Of a stretch of DNA of 64,000 nt, positions 27,849-38,409 are shown piece by piece (position 1 is the stretch's first letter; every line of letters begins with the position of its first letter). Made by a program: the position numbers and the translations under genes. The notes beneath the pieces are model-generated. The model was not told where the DNA came from and made no database searches. It worked only from the letters and a program-made list of their open reading frames with translations. Source of the stretch: Bacillota bacterium (GTDB taxonomy: Bacteria; Bacillota; Limnochordia; DUMW01); assembly GCA_012839765.1 (NCBI GenBank), contig DUMW01000031.1:11829-75828 (forward strand), read 5' to 3'.

Positions 27849-29207
27849 ATGGGTAAAAAAGAGCGTGTCCAATATGTTTGTAAGGCCTGTGGTTATGTGA
27901 GCCTAGGTTGGATGGGTCGGTGCAGCAGCTGTGGCCAGTGGGATTCCCTGGTGGAGCAGCGCAGTGAGCCCGAGGGCAAAGAACAGCGTACAGTACCACA
28001 GGCGATTCCCATCACTCAGCTAGTCAAGGATTCCCGTCCCAAGCTGTCCTTGGGTATTGAGGAGTTCGATCGGGTGGTGGGCGGCGGTCTCCTGCCAGGC
28101 ACGGTGGTGCTGGTGGGGGGACAGCCGGGAATCGGCAAGTCTACCCTTTTGTTGCAGGTTGCCGCAACGGTGGCCCAAAGGGGCCCTGTGGTCTATATAT
28201 CCGGAGAGGAATCCGCAGAGCAAATTCACCACCGGGCCAGACGCCTGGGGGCCACAGTGGATAATCTGTTCTTACTCACCGCCACCGACGTCTTGGGTTA
28301 TCTAGAACAGTTGATGGAATATCATCCCCGCCTGGTGGTAGTGGATTCCATTCAAACCATGTACCACGCAGAAGCCAGTGGCTATCCCGGCAGTGTTAGC
28401 CAAGTGCAAAAATCCGCCGATGCCCTCATTGCCTGGGCGAAGACCTATGAAGTGCCGTTGGTGATCGTAGGTCACATCACCAAAAGCGGGGCCTTGGCGG
28501 GGCCAAAGGTGTTGGAGCATGCCGTGGATTGCGTACTGTACTTCGATGGCGAGTCCCACACGGATTACCGCATCCTACGGGCGGTGAAGAATAGATTCGG
28601 TCCCACCAACGAGGTGGGGGTTTTTGAAATGAAGCAGGAAGGCCTGAAGGCGGTGCCGAATCCTTCCTGTATTTTTCTGGCCGATCGCCCCCTGGGGGTG
28701 GCTGGTTCCGTGGTGGCCCCCAGTATGGAGGGGACCCGCAGCCTGCTGGTGGAAATCCAGGCCCTTGTGGCCCCTGCGCTGTACGGCGGTACCCCCCGCC
28801 GCTTGACCACTGGACTTAACTACAACCGAACCTCCATTGTTTTGGCGGTCTTGGAGAAACGCCAGGGTTGTAAACTGGCTAACCATGATGTGTACCTTAA
28901 TGTGGCTGGGGGACTCCGGGTGGAGGAGCCCGCGATGGATCTGGCCGTGGCAATGGCGGTGGTTTCTAGTCTAAACGACTTGCCGGTGCCCCCGGACCTG
29001 GTGATCGTAGGAGAGATCGGCCTTACCGGGGAAGTGCGGCCGGTAGGGCATATGGAACGGCGCTTGCAGGAGTCCCGGGATCTGGGCTTCAAACGTTGTG
29101 TGCTTCCCGCGGCAAACTACAGAGACTTGGATCTGGGCGCCTGGGGGATGAAGCTTCACCCCGTGCGAAATGTGAAGGAAGCTTTGCAGGCCGTGTTTAG
29201 TGATTAG
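27849..29207 (+). CDS. radA: DNA repair protein RadA/Sms
   Basis: C4 zinc finger, GQPGIGKS, KNRFG, Lon-like C-terminus. Confidence 0.97.
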   Translation: MGKKERVQYVCKACGYVSLGWMGRCSSCGQWDSLVEQRSEPEGKEQRTVPQAIPITQLVKDSRPKLSLGIEEFDRVVGGGLLPGTVVLVGGQPGIGKSTLLLQVAATVAQRGPVVYISGEESAEQIHHRARRLGATVDNLFLLTATDVLGYLEQLMEYHPRLVVVDSIQTMYHAEASGYPGSVSQVQKSADALIAWAKTYEVPLVIVGHITKSGALAGPKVLEHAVDCVLYFDGESHTDYRILRAVKNRFGPTNEVGVFEMKQEGLKAVPNPSCIFLADRPLGVAGSVVAPSMEGTRSLLVEIQALVAPALYGGTPRRLTTGLNYNRTSIVLAVLEKRQGCKLANHDVYLNVAGGLRVEEPAMDLAVAMAVVSSLNDLPVPPDLVIVGEIGLTGEVRPVGHMERRLQESRDLGFKRCVLPAANYRDLDLGAWGMKLHPVRNVKEALQAVFSD

Positions 29208-29216
29208 TTCGGGAGG

Positions 29217-30299
29217 ATGGGGACTATGGCAGAGGAGAGGACCAATAAGGAGAGGTTGAAGGAAATCCTTAGACTGATTTCACCGGGCACACCGTTGTAC
29301 GAAGCCTTGGAAAACATTCTCCGGGCCCGGACCGGAGGGCTAATTGTCATCGGTGATTCCGAAGAGGTGATGGCCCTAACCAATGGTGGTTTTCGGATCG
29401 ATGCGGATATGCATCCTGCGGCCTTGTACGAGTTGGCCAAGATGGACGGAGCCATCGTCCTTAACGAAGAGGCAAACAAGATCCTACTGGCCAATACGCA
29501 GCTCACGCCAGATCCTCTCATTCCCACCCTGGAGACCGGGGCCCGGCACCGCACCGCAGAACGGGTGGCCCGGCAGACGGGGAACATCGTGATTTGTATC
29601 TCCCAGCGCCGGAATGTAATCACGGTCTACCAGGGCAATTTCAAGTATGTGGCCCGGGATATCGGCGTAGTGCTGGCTAAGGCCAACCAGGCCCTGGAGA
29701 CTTTGGAGAAATACAAGAGTGTGTTGCAACAGTCCTTGACCAACCTCAGCGCCTTAGAATTCGAGGATCGGGTCACGGTCTTCGATATTGTTACCGTGCT
29801 ACAACGGGCCCAGATGGTCTGTCGAATTAAAGAGGAGATCGAGTTCCACATCTATGAGCTAGGGGTGGAAGGGCGCTTGGTGGCGATGCAGCAGGAAGAG
29901 TTGATGGTGGGCATTGAGGGCCAGGGCCTTTTGGTGATCAAGGATTATTGTCATGAAAAGGACAATGCGGAAAAGATTTGGGAGAATCTCATGGAGTGGG
30001 AGTCCGAAGACCTGTTGGAACCCACCACCTTGGCCCGGGCCTTGGGCTTTTCCTCGGCCATGGATGTCCTGGACAAACAGGTGACACCCCGGGGCTACCG
30101 GATTTTGAGTAAGATTCCCCGCTTGCCGCTGCCGGTGATCGAGAACCTCATCCAACATTTCGGTAATCTACCCCGGGTGATGAGTGCGGATATTACCGAA
30201 CTCGATGATGTGGAAGGCATCGGCGAAGTACGGGCTAGGTCCATCAAAGAGGGACTACGCAAGATGAAAGAGCAAGTGTTAATCGACCGACAGCTTTAG
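29217..30299 (+). CDS. disA: DNA integrity scanning diadenylate cyclase DisA
   Basis: KMDGA, TGARHRTAER, C-terminal HhH (DDVEGIGEVRA). Confidence 0.97.
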   Translation: MGTMAEERTNKERLKEILRLISPGTPLYEALENILRARTGGLIVIGDSEEVMALTNGGFRIDADMHPAALYELAKMDGAIVLNEEANKILLANTQLTPDPLIPTLETGARHRTAERVARQTGNIVICISQRRNVITVYQGNFKYVARDIGVVLAKANQALETLEKYKSVLQQSLTNLSALEFEDRVTVFDIVTVLQRAQMVCRIKEEIEFHIYELGVEGRLVAMQQEELMVGIEGQGLLVIKDYCHEKDNAEKIWENLMEWESEDLLEPTTLARALGFSSAMDVLDKQVTPRGYRILSKIPRLPLPVIENLIQHFGNLPRVMSADITELDDVEGIGEVRARSIKEGLRKMKEQVLIDRQL

Positions 30300-30373
30300 T
30301 ACAAGGACCTGAAAGGAGCTTTGCGCATACAATTAAGAAGAGGGGTGTTGGGAAGTAGGAAAGGTGGGAAAAG

Positions 30374-30856
30374 ATGTTTCAAGTAGGCGATAAAGTAGTA
30401 TACCCCATGTATGGTGCCGGCATCATTGAGGCCATCGAAGAGCAGGAGGTCCTAGGGGAGCGGGAACTGTACTATGTAATTCACCTACCCTTCGGTGACC
30501 TGCGGATGTTGATCCCGGTGGACCGGGCCGAGGAAAGTCGACTGCGGGATGTGATAGAACCGGAGGAGGTACAGAGGGTATTAACCATCTTGGAAGGGGA
30601 GCGCGGCAAACCCATCTCCAACTGGAACGTGCGCTTTCGGACCAACATGAATAAACTAAAAAGCGGTGATCCCTACAAAGTGGCGGAAGTGGTTCGGGAT
30701 CTTTCGGCCCGGGAACGGAAGCAGGGTCTTTCCAGCAGGGAACAGCGCTGTTTAGAGCAGGCCCGGACCATCCTGGGTAGTGAACTGATGTTGGCGACAG
30801 GACAGTCCAAGGAGAAAATCGAGAATCTTCTCGATGGAACTATGCAGGCTGGGTAA
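30374..30856 (+). CDS. CarD-family transcriptional regulator
   Basis: FQVGDKVVYPMYGAG, NWNVRFR, KLKSGD, AEVVRDL. Confidence 0.9.
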   Translation: MFQVGDKVVYPMYGAGIIEAIEEQEVLGERELYYVIHLPFGDLRMLIPVDRAEESRLRDVIEPEEVQRVLTILEGERGKPISNWNVRFRTNMNKLKSGDPYKVAEVVRDLSARERKQGLSSREQRCLEQARTILGSELMLATGQSKEKIENLLDGTMQAG

Positions 30857-30991
30857 GGGTATAAGCAATCATTTATTTTCTACCTCTCTTTTCATCCAAT
30901 GCTAGTCTTTTCTGCGCTGATCTTGGATAATACTACCTGAAAATGTGCATACTGATCCTGTCGCTCAAATCTTTGACAGGAGGTGAAGAGG

Positions 30992-32086
30992 ATGAATGAA
31001 AAACTCTTTCGGTTTGTATGCGGGATTGTGGGCCTGGTGATCGGCTACAACAGCATCGCCGCGGGCTTGGAGCAGCTGTTCAGCGCCCAGGAATCCCTGG
31101 AGCCTTTGATCGGCTGGGCCGGTATTCTAGGTGGGCTACTGGGCCTGTGTATCGGCGTGCTTTTGGCTCCGGCCATCTATGGCGTGTGGCAACGCACGGT
31201 GGTGGGTGTTACCAGTGCGCTCCAGAATACACCGATCACCGACATGGTCGCCGGGGTGATTGGTCTGGTCTTGGGCTTACTCATCGTCATTTTGGCCACG
31301 ATGCCCTTCCCCGCCGGTTTGGTGATCAGCTACATCCGGTTGTTTGTGGTGCTCTTTGGCGGCTATGCGGGGGCCTACACCGCGGTGAAGAAAAAGGACG
31401 AACTTCTCGGTATGCTGGGCTTAGACCCGGAAAACCGGTCCAAGGATAGCCATTTATCTGGTGCCAATGGGGACACGACCAGTTACAAGATTCTCGATAC
31501 CAGTGTTATTATCGATGGCAGGATTGCCGATATTTCTAAAACTGGTTTCTTAGAAGGGACCCTGATCATCCCCCAATTTGTCTTGGAGGAATTGCAACAT
31601 ATTGCCGATTCCCCCGATTCCTTGAAACGCAACCGTGGTCGGCGCGGTTTGGATATCCTCAACAAGATTCAGAAGGAGTCGGTGATCCCCATCGAGATCG
31701 TGGATCAGGATTATCCCGATGGGCAAGATGTGGACAGTAAGCTGGTGCGGCTGGCGAAGGAATATAACGGAACTGTCCTCACCAACGACTACAACTTGAA
31801 CAAGGTCGCGGAGTTGCAGGGGGTGCCGGTCCTGAACATAAACGAACTGGCCAATGCGGTGAAACCCGTGGTATTGCCCGGTGAAGAGATGTTAGTACAG
31901 GTGATCAAAGATGGCAAGGAACAGGGGCAAGGGGTGGCCTATCTAGATGATGGCACCATGATCGTGGTGGACAGCGGTAAGAAGCACATCGGTCAGGAGA
32001 TCGAGGTGATGGTGACCAGTGTGCTGCAGACCGCGGCGGGCCGAATGATCTTCGCCCGGCCGAAGGTGATGGAAAAGGCACTCTAA
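30992..32086 (+). CDS. yacL: PIN/TRAM domain membrane protein (YacL-like)
   Basis: TM helices, [32 protein letters not shown]; start ATG 30992 after AGGAGGTG. Confidence 0.9.
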   Translation: MNEKLFRFVCGIVGLVIGYNSIAAGLEQLFSAQESLEPLIGWAGILGGLLGLCIGVLLAPAIYGVWQRTVVGVTSALQNTPITDMVAGVIGLVLGLLIVILATMPFPAGLVISYIRLFVVLFGGYAGAYTAVKKKDELLGMLGLDPENRSKDSHLSGANGDTTSYKILDTSVIIDGRIADISKTGFLEGTLIIPQFVLEELQHIADSPDSLKRNRGRRGLDILNKIQKESVIPIEIVDQDYPDGQDVDSKLVRLAKEYNGTVLTNDYNLNKVAELQGVPVLNINELANAVKPVVLPGEEMLVQVIKDGKEQGQGVAYLDDGTMIVVDSGKKHIGQEIEVMVTSVLQTAAGRMIFARPKVMEKAL

Positions 32087-32108
32087 ACGCACCTTGGGGC
32101 AACCCCAT

Positions 32109-32145
32109 AAAGGATTTCGTCAGTTTTTGGCGAAGTCCTTTTTTT
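32109..32145 (+). terminator. intrinsic terminator after yacL
   Basis: AAAGGATTTCGTCA/TGGCGAAGTCCTTT stem (two G-U pairs) plus T run. Confidence 0.7.
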
Positions 32146-32166
32146 GATGTCTTTGGAGGGTGAAAG

Positions 32167-33339
32167 ATGCCAAAGGTCTATTGTATTGTGCCCGCGGCCG
32201 GCAGTGGCACCCGGATGGGGAAAACCGGCTTTCCCACCAAGCAGTACCTTCTCCTTGGGGGAATTCCGGTGCTGGTGCGGACCTTGCGGACACTGCAGCA
32301 GAGTAACTTAATTGATGAGATGATCGTGGCGGTGCGTCCAGAGGATGTGGACTACGCCCGGGGCCTTTTCGAGGACTATGGCCTGGCGGGGATCAAACTC
32401 ATCGCCGGGGGGGAAACCCGTAGTCACACCGTCAAGGGGGCCTTGGCCGAGATCCAAGGGGACCCAGGGGACCTGGTGGCTATCCATGATGGGGCTCGGC
32501 CCCTGCTGACAAGACAGGCTTTGGCGCGGGTTTTGGAAGCGGCTAGGATCCACGGTGCGGCGGCCCTGGGTGTTGCGGTGTGGGACACGGTGAAAAGGGT
32601 GGATGAGGCGGGTTTTGTAACCGGCACTCTGCCCCGAACCCAATTGCGGCTGATTCAGACTCCCCAGGTCTTTACCCTAGATCTTTTGCGGCGGGCCTAC
32701 CGGCAGGATCTGACCGGGGCCACCGATGACTGTGCCCTGGTGGAACGGCTGGGTGTGCCGGTGAAACTGGTGGAGGGCGAAAGGACCAATCTGAAGATTA
32801 CAACACCGGAGGATTTGAAGATGGCGGAGATGTATCTAAAGGGAACCCAGCCCCCGCTGAGGATCGGACACGGCTATGACGTCCACCGGTTAGAACCGGG
32901 CCGGAAGTTGATCCTGGGCGGTGTGGAGATTCCTCACCACCTGGGTTTGCTGGGCCACTCCGATGCCGATTGCCTGGTCCATGCCCTCATGGATGCCCTG
33001 TTAGGGGCTGTGGCCTTGGGAGATATTGGCCAGCACTTCCCCGCTGGGGACCCCGCCTATGCGGGAATCGACAGCTTGGTCCTGTTGAGACAGGTGGGGG
33101 ATCTGCTCCGGGACCGAGGTTATGTCATCTATAATCTCGATGCCACCGTGGTGGCCCAAAGGCCCCGCCTTGCGCCCTATCGGGAGAAGATGCGGGAGAA
33201 TATTGCCCGGACCCTGGATATCCCAGTGGAGCAGGTGCATGTGAAGGCCACCACTACCGAAGGGTTAGGTCCCGTGGGCGAGGAAAAGTGTATCGAGGCC
33301 CATGCGGTGGCGTTAGTGGGAGGTAACCCCCATGACTGA
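32167..33339 (+). CDS. ispDF: bifunctional IspD/IspF (MEP cytidylyltransferase / MECDP synthase)
   Basis: PAAGSGTRM, HDGARP, QTPQ, NLKITTPED; then RIGHGYDVH, GHSDAD, VKATTTEGLG. Confidence 0.95.
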   Translation: MPKVYCIVPAAGSGTRMGKTGFPTKQYLLLGGIPVLVRTLRTLQQSNLIDEMIVAVRPEDVDYARGLFEDYGLAGIKLIAGGETRSHTVKGALAEIQGDPGDLVAIHDGARPLLTRQALARVLEAARIHGAAALGVAVWDTVKRVDEAGFVTGTLPRTQLRLIQTPQVFTLDLLRRAYRQDLTGATDDCALVERLGVPVKLVEGERTNLKITTPEDLKMAEMYLKGTQPPLRIGHGYDVHRLEPGRKLILGGVEIPHHLGLLGHSDADCLVHALMDALLGAVALGDIGQHFPAGDPAYAGIDSLVLLRQVGDLLRDRGYVIYNLDATVVAQRPRLAPYREKMRENIARTLDIPVEQVHVKATTTEGLGPVGEEKCIEAHAVALVGGNPHD

Positions 33340-34531
33340 ACCGGTGCAGGTGCCGCGGGCTCCCAAGTTTCCTTGGCGCACCGCGTTGTATGTGCTGATC
33401 ATGTTTGTCTTGGGGTTAGTGTTGGGTATTTACAGCCATCGGCAGCAAGGGATCGGCTCCACCAACGAAACCCCCATTGCCGGGGCGTGGGTGGTACGCT
33501 ATGCCCTCACGACCCGGGAGGACATCGACCAGGTCTTTGCCTTGGCGTCGAAGCTGGGCTTCCGAGAATTAATGCTGCAGGTCAATGGGCGGGGGGAGGC
33601 CTATTACCGGTCGGAACTGCTCCCCCAGGCGGTGGTGGACTTTGACCCTTTGGCCTATGCCTTGGCCCAGGGCCAACGGTACGGGATTAAGGTCCATGTT
33701 TGGGTCAATGTCCTCACCATCAGTTCCTTTCTTAGTCGTTCCCAAGATCCTAAGCATGTGATCAACAGTCATCCCCAGTGGATTACCTACGATGTGGATG
33801 GTCGTTCTCTCCTTGCCTACGACCCGTTGGATGTTTCAAGCCTGCCTGCGGATCTGCCAGCCATTATGCTGGATCCGGGCGTCCCCGAGGTGCGGGATTT
33901 CCTAGTGCAAGTTTGCCGGGAACTGGTGGAAAACTATCCCGTGGATGGTCTGCATCTGGACTATATCCGCTATGCGGGCCTGCGGTATGGTTTCCATCCC
34001 CAGGTGCGGCAGCATTTTAAGGCTCAGTATGGGGTGGATCCGGTGGATGTGGAGCGGCGGCGTTTCACCGCCGGCGGGGCCCAGCAGGCCCTCCTTTGGG
34101 ACGATTTTCGCCGGCAACAGATTACGGATCTGGTGGAGGCCATCTACCGGGAAGTAAAAAGCGCGAAGCCCCAGCTGCCGGTGTCTGCTTCGGTTACCGC
34201 CCATTACCAAGTGGCCCGGGACAACCATTTTCAGGATTGGCAACACTGGCTGGAGAGGGGGATCATTGATTTTGTTGTCCCCTTGGCTTACGATCTCGAT
34301 CCCAGTGTCGTATACTATAGGCTGGAGGAGGTCGTGGCGCACTGGGGTCCAGGGAAGATCTCCGCGGGGGTGCGGGCCTACGAACTGGGTGAAGACCCAC
34401 AGCTGTTGCGGGAACTGGTGCAGGCCGCCCGGGATGCGGGCTGCCAGCGGATCCTCCTTTTCTCGTACAACTCCATCGCGGAAGAGCCCCAGTTGCAAAA
34501 GATCATTTCCAGATTGCAGGAAGCACGTTAG
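33332..34531 (+). CDS. membrane-anchored glycoside hydrolase-like family 10 (GHL10/DUF187, YngK/YddW-like) protein
   Basis: AWV, GEAYYRS, FDPLAYAL...IKVHVWVN, LDPGVPEVRDF, YPVDGLHLDYIRY, QDWQHWL..G.IDFVVP.AY. Confidence 0.8.
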   Translation: MTEPVQVPRAPKFPWRTALYVLIMFVLGLVLGIYSHRQQGIGSTNETPIAGAWVVRYALTTREDIDQVFALASKLGFRELMLQVNGRGEAYYRSELLPQAVVDFDPLAYALAQGQRYGIKVHVWVNVLTISSFLSRSQDPKHVINSHPQWITYDVDGRSLLAYDPLDVSSLPADLPAIMLDPGVPEVRDFLVQVCRELVENYPVDGLHLDYIRYAGLRYGFHPQVRQHFKAQYGVDPVDVERRRFTAGGAQQALLWDDFRRQQITDLVEAIYREVKSAKPQLPVSASVTAHYQVARDNHFQDWQHWLERGIIDFVVPLAYDLDPSVVYYRLEEVVAHWGPGKISAGVRAYELGEDPQLLRELVQAARDAGCQRILLFSYNSIAEEPQLQKIISRLQEAR

Positions 34532-34549
34532 GTACTGGAGGGAAGACTT

Positions 34550-35998
34550 GTGATTCGTGTGCGATTTGCCCCTAGCCCCACGGGCTATTTACACATAGGC
34601 AATGCCCATACGGCCCTATTCAACTGGCTCTTTGCCCGGGGCCGGGGTGGTAAGATGATCCTCAGGATCGAAGACACGGACCTGGAGCGGTCCGCGGTGG
34701 AGTATGAAAGGGCCCTCTTTGAGGATCTCCGCTGGCTGGGGATGGACTGGGACGAAGGGGTGGATGTGGGAGGAGACTACGGCCCCTATCGGCAGTCGGA
34801 GCGGCTGGAGATCTATCGCGAATACGCGCGGCGGCTGGAGGAGGCTGGGTGGGTGTACCCTTGTTTTTGTACTCCCGAGGAGCTAGCCGCCGAGCGAGCC
34901 CAATATGAGGCCCAGGGTTTGATGCCTCGATACGGGGGCCGTTGTCGTCATCTTACGGAGGAAGAAAAAAAGGCCTATCTAGATCGGGGAGTGGTCCCCT
35001 CTTTGCGTTTCCGGGTTCCCGAAGACCGGGAATTGGTTATTAAGGATCTCATCCGGGGGGATGTGGTTTTTAATACGGATAATATCGGGGATTTTGTGAT
35101 CATGCGGCCTAATGGGTATCCTACCTACAACTTCTGTGTAACCGTCGATGATCTCCTCATGAAGATTACCCACGTGATCCGGGCCGATGAGCATCTGTCC
35201 AATACCCCCCGGCAGCTTTTACTCTATGAGGCTCTGGGAGAGGAGCCACCTTTGTTTGCCCATGTCTCCATGCTTTTGGGTCCGGACCGGACGAAGCTGA
35301 GCAAGCGGCATGGGGCTGCTTCGGTACGGGAGTACCGGGAGGCGGGGTATTTGCCCGAGGCCATGTTAAATTACTTGGCCCTCTTGGGCTGGTCCCCCCA
35401 AGGAGAAGAGGAGTTCTTTTCGGTGGAGGAGCTTTGTGCCCACTTTGAGCTGGAGCGGGTCTCTAAGAGTCCAGCGGTCTTCGATGTGGAAAGGCTCCAG
35501 TGGATGAACAGCCAATACCTGCGTCGGTTGCCCATTGGAGAGTTGGCCCGGCTTAGCCGTCCCTACCTAGAAAACGCAGGGCTCCATGCTCCAAATGAGG
35601 AGTGGCTCTGTCGCCTGCTGGATCTCATGAAGGACCAAATCCGGTATTTTGCCGAACTGCCGGAACAGGTGAATTTCCTTTTCGGGGATGTGCCCGCTAC
35701 CTTGGAAGAAAAGGCCCGGGAGCTTTTGGAGCGTCCCGAAAGCCAGGAGATCCTAACTAAAGTGCGGCAGGAAATTGAATGTTGGCCTGGGGAGTTCTCT
35801 CCCGAAGAGGCCCTGGAGCTTTTGCATGTTGTGCCCAATAAGCTGGGTGTGAAAAAAGGGCAGTTCTTCCGGCCCCTACGGGCCGCGGTGACGGGGAAGA
35901 CTTCGGGACCCGAGCTCCATTATGTTTTAAGTCTGTTGGGCCAAGGAAGGATCTTGCGGAGATTGGATTGGGCTTGTGAAAAAAGCAGCGGCCGATAG
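34550..35998 (+). CDS. gltX: glutamate--tRNA ligase
   Basis: RFAPSPTGYLHIGN, LRIEDTD, KLSKR. Confidence 0.97.
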   Translation: MIRVRFAPSPTGYLHIGNAHTALFNWLFARGRGGKMILRIEDTDLERSAVEYERALFEDLRWLGMDWDEGVDVGGDYGPYRQSERLEIYREYARRLEEAGWVYPCFCTPEELAAERAQYEAQGLMPRYGGRCRHLTEEEKKAYLDRGVVPSLRFRVPEDRELVIKDLIRGDVVFNTDNIGDFVIMRPNGYPTYNFCVTVDDLLMKITHVIRADEHLSNTPRQLLLYEALGEEPPLFAHVSMLLGPDRTKLSKRHGAASVREYREAGYLPEAMLNYLALLGWSPQGEEEFFSVEELCAHFELERVSKSPAVFDVERLQWMNSQYLRRLPIGELARLSRPYLENAGLHAPNEEWLCRLLDLMKDQIRYFAELPEQVNFLFGDVPATLEEKARELLERPESQEILTKVRQEIECWPGEFSPEEALELLHVVPNKLGVKKGQFFRPLRAAVTGKTSGPELHYVLSLLGQGRILRRLDWACEKSSGR

Positions 35999-36010
35999 CC
36001 GCTGCTTTTT
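35980..36010. terminator. bidirectional terminator overlapping the stops of gltX and the ACT gene
   Basis: AAAAAGCAGCGGC-cgata-GCCGCTGCTTTTT. Confidence 0.75.
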
Positions 36011-36443
36011 AAATCCTGTATACCTCCTCCGCCGGCACCACGGTAACACCGTGCCTTTGCAGAAGCTCGATGGCTTCGTCCAGGTTGTTCAGGCTGAGGA
36101 TAACCAACGCGTTGTCTTCGCTTTTTTCCACGAAGGCGTACATGTACTCGATGTTAAACTGCCCCGTTTCCACTACTTTCAGGATCTCCGCAAGTCCGCC
36201 GGGACGATCCGGCACTTTGATGCAGATTACCGACGTGCGGTTCACCGCAAAGCCCGCATCCCTCAGGGCGGAGAAACCGCGATCGGGATCGTTGAGAATG
36301 AGTCGAAGGATACCGAAATCTGAGGTGTCCGCAATGGATAAAGCCCGAATATTTACACTTGCGTCCGCCAGGATCTTTGCCAGGGTGGCCAACCGGCCGG
36401 ACTTGTTCTCCAAGAACACAGAAATCTGGGTTACCTTCACCAC
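36009..36443 (-). CDS. tandem ACT domain protein (PaaK-associated)
   Basis: QISVFLENKSGRLA, NIRALSIADTSDFGILRL, PDRPGGLA, NIEYMYAF. Confidence 0.9.
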   Translation of the reverse strand: MVKVTQISVFLENKSGRLATLAKILADASVNIRALSIADTSDFGILRLILNDPDRGFSALRDAGFAVNRTSVICIKVPDRPGGLAEILKVVETGQFNIEYMYAFVEKSEDNALVILSLNNLDEAIELLQRHGVTVVPAEEVYRI

Positions 36444-36460
36444 AGACCTCTCCCCCTTCT

Positions 36461-37762
36461 TTAGAGTTCTCTTCGGTCTATGACACGCTTTGCTTTGCCT
36501 TCGGTCCGTTCAATGGTCTTAGGTTCCACCAATCTGACCCGTACATTGATTCCCAATGTGCTTTGAATCTCTTGCCGGATCTGTCTGCTCAAATCTTCCA
36601 GCTTCTTCACTTCATCGATGATCTCTGTGGAGACCTCCACCCAGACTTCCAGTTCATCCAGCACCTGCTTGGACCGATCCACCACTAAGAGATAGTGGGG
36701 TTCCGTCTGACCCATGCTCATCAGCACCGACTCGATCTGCGAGGGGAAGACGTTCACCCCGCGGATGATGAGCATATCATCGGTGCGGCCCATGACTTTG
36801 TGCATGCGGACCATGGTCCGTCCACAGTCACATTGGGTGTAGTCCAGTTTAGAGATGTCCCTGGTCCGGTAACGGATGATGGGGAAGGCTTCCTTAGTCA
36901 AGGAAGTGAAGACTAGCTCCCCTTCACTGCCCGGGGGCAGGGGCTTTTCGGTCACCGGATCGATGATCTCGGGGATGAAATGATCCTCAAAGATATGCAA
37001 GCCCTGTTGGCACAGACATTCCGACGCCACGCCGGGCCCAATGACCTCACTGAGGCCATAGATGTCGATCGCGGTAACACCTAGTTTTTCCTCAATCTGC
37101 TGGCGCAGCTCATTGGACCAGGGTTCTGCGCCGAAGAGGCCCACCCGCAGTTTCAGGGTGGAGGGGTCTATGTTCATTTCCCGCATGGTCTCTGCTAAGT
37201 ACAGGGCGTAGGAAGGAGTGCAGGCCAGTACGGTACTGCCGAAATCCTGCATCAGCATGATCTGGCGCTTGGTGTTGCCTCCGGAGATGGGGATTACCGT
37301 GGCCCCCAAACGCTCCGCCCCGTAATGGACACCTAGTCCCCCGGTGAACAGACCATAGCCGTAGGCGATTTGGACGATGTCGTCCTTGGTTGCTCCGGCG
37401 CACACCAGGGTGCGGGCCATGAGTTCCGCCCAGATGTCGATGTCCTTGGCGGAATAGCCCACCACTGTGGGTTTTCCGGTGGTGCCGGAGGAGGCATGCA
37501 CCCGCACCACATCGGAAAGAGGAATGGCAAACATTCCAAAGGGGTAGTTATCCCTGAGGGCCTCCTTTGTGGTAAAGGGCAGCTTTGCCAGATCGTCGAG
37601 GCTTTGGATGTCCTCGGGATGGACTCCGGCTTTGTCGAATTGGGCCCGGTAGTAGGGCACTTTTTCATAGACCCGTCTTACGGTCTGCTGCAGCCGGGAC
37701 AGCTGCAAAGCCTCTAACTCTGACCTATTCATTGATTCACAGGTCGGGTTGAACTTGTTCAT
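36461..37762 (-). CDS. paaK: phenylacetate--CoA ligase family protein (copy 2)
   Basis: [48 protein letters not shown]; start ATG 37762. Confidence 0.9.
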   Translation of the reverse strand: MNKFNPTCESMNRSELEALQLSRLQQTVRRVYEKVPYYRAQFDKAGVHPEDIQSLDDLAKLPFTTKEALRDNYPFGMFAIPLSDVVRVHASSGTTGKPTVVGYSAKDIDIWAELMARTLVCAGATKDDIVQIAYGYGLFTGGLGVHYGAERLGATVIPISGGNTKRQIMLMQDFGSTVLACTPSYALYLAETMREMNIDPSTLKLRVGLFGAEPWSNELRQQIEEKLGVTAIDIYGLSEVIGPGVASECLCQQGLHIFEDHFIPEIIDPVTEKPLPPGSEGELVFTSLTKEAFPIIRYRTRDISKLDYTQCDCGRTMVRMHKVMGRTDDMLIIRGVNVFPSQIESVLMSMGQTEPHYLLVVDRSKQVLDELEVWVEVSTEIIDEVKKLEDLSRQIRQEIQSTLGINVRVRLVEPKTIERTEGKAKRVIDRREL

Positions 37763-38364
37763 GACGATCTCCTTCCTTGCGCAAAGCGTTGACCAAGGGC
37801 AAAGGCCTCCTGGTTGATCTTGCACAGGCGCTCAGGGATGCAACCGAGGATGCTTTTCTGCCAGCAGCTGTCGTTAATTTCCATGAAGACCGACAACGCC
37901 CCCAGCATGATGAGGTTTACCACCCGGGGATTACCCAGTTCCTGGGCAAGATCTAAGGCGGGAATCAGCAATGCATTGTGCTCCTCGAGGCGTTCCTCCA
38001 GATCCGTAGGATATATCGCGTTGCCTGCGGCCACACTCAAAGGAGGCATTTTCTGTGTATTGCTTATGATCAATCCCCCTGGTTTAACGAAGGGAAGGCT
38101 GCGGGCCGTCTCTAGAAGTTCAAAACCCAGCAGGCACTGGCCGCTGCCCAGCTCCACCGTGGGGGAGAAGACCTCCTGACCCAGGCGCACATGGGTGACG
38201 ACGCTGCCGCCCCTTTGGGCCATGCCGTGGGTTTCGGCCACCTTGACGTCAAAGCCCGCCGACATCGCCGCTTGGCCCAAGATTTGGCTAGCGAGAATGA
38301 TCCCCTGTCCGCCTACACCGACAATGACAATATCTCTAATCTTTTCCATCTTATCCTGGCGCAT
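37759..38364 (-). CDS. iorB: indolepyruvate:ferredoxin oxidoreductase beta subunit
   Basis: [26 protein letters not shown]. Confidence 0.9.
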   Translation of the reverse strand: MRQDKMEKIRDIVIVGVGGQGIILASQILGQAAMSAGFDVKVAETHGMAQRGGSVVTHVRLGQEVFSPTVELGSGQCLLGFELLETARSLPFVKPGGLIISNTQKMPPLSVAAGNAIYPTDLEERLEEHNALLIPALDLAQELGNPRVVNLIMLGALSVFMEINDSCWQKSILGCIPERLCKINQEAFALGQRFAQGRRSS

Positions 38365-38409
38365 CCGACCGGATGCACCGGCACCTCCCTATCCAAAAGC
38401 AAAGCAGCC

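Noticed and set aside
34500-34550. T-box leader before gltX
   Set aside because: Only 18 bp separate the upstream gene from gltX, leaving no room and no T-box motif.
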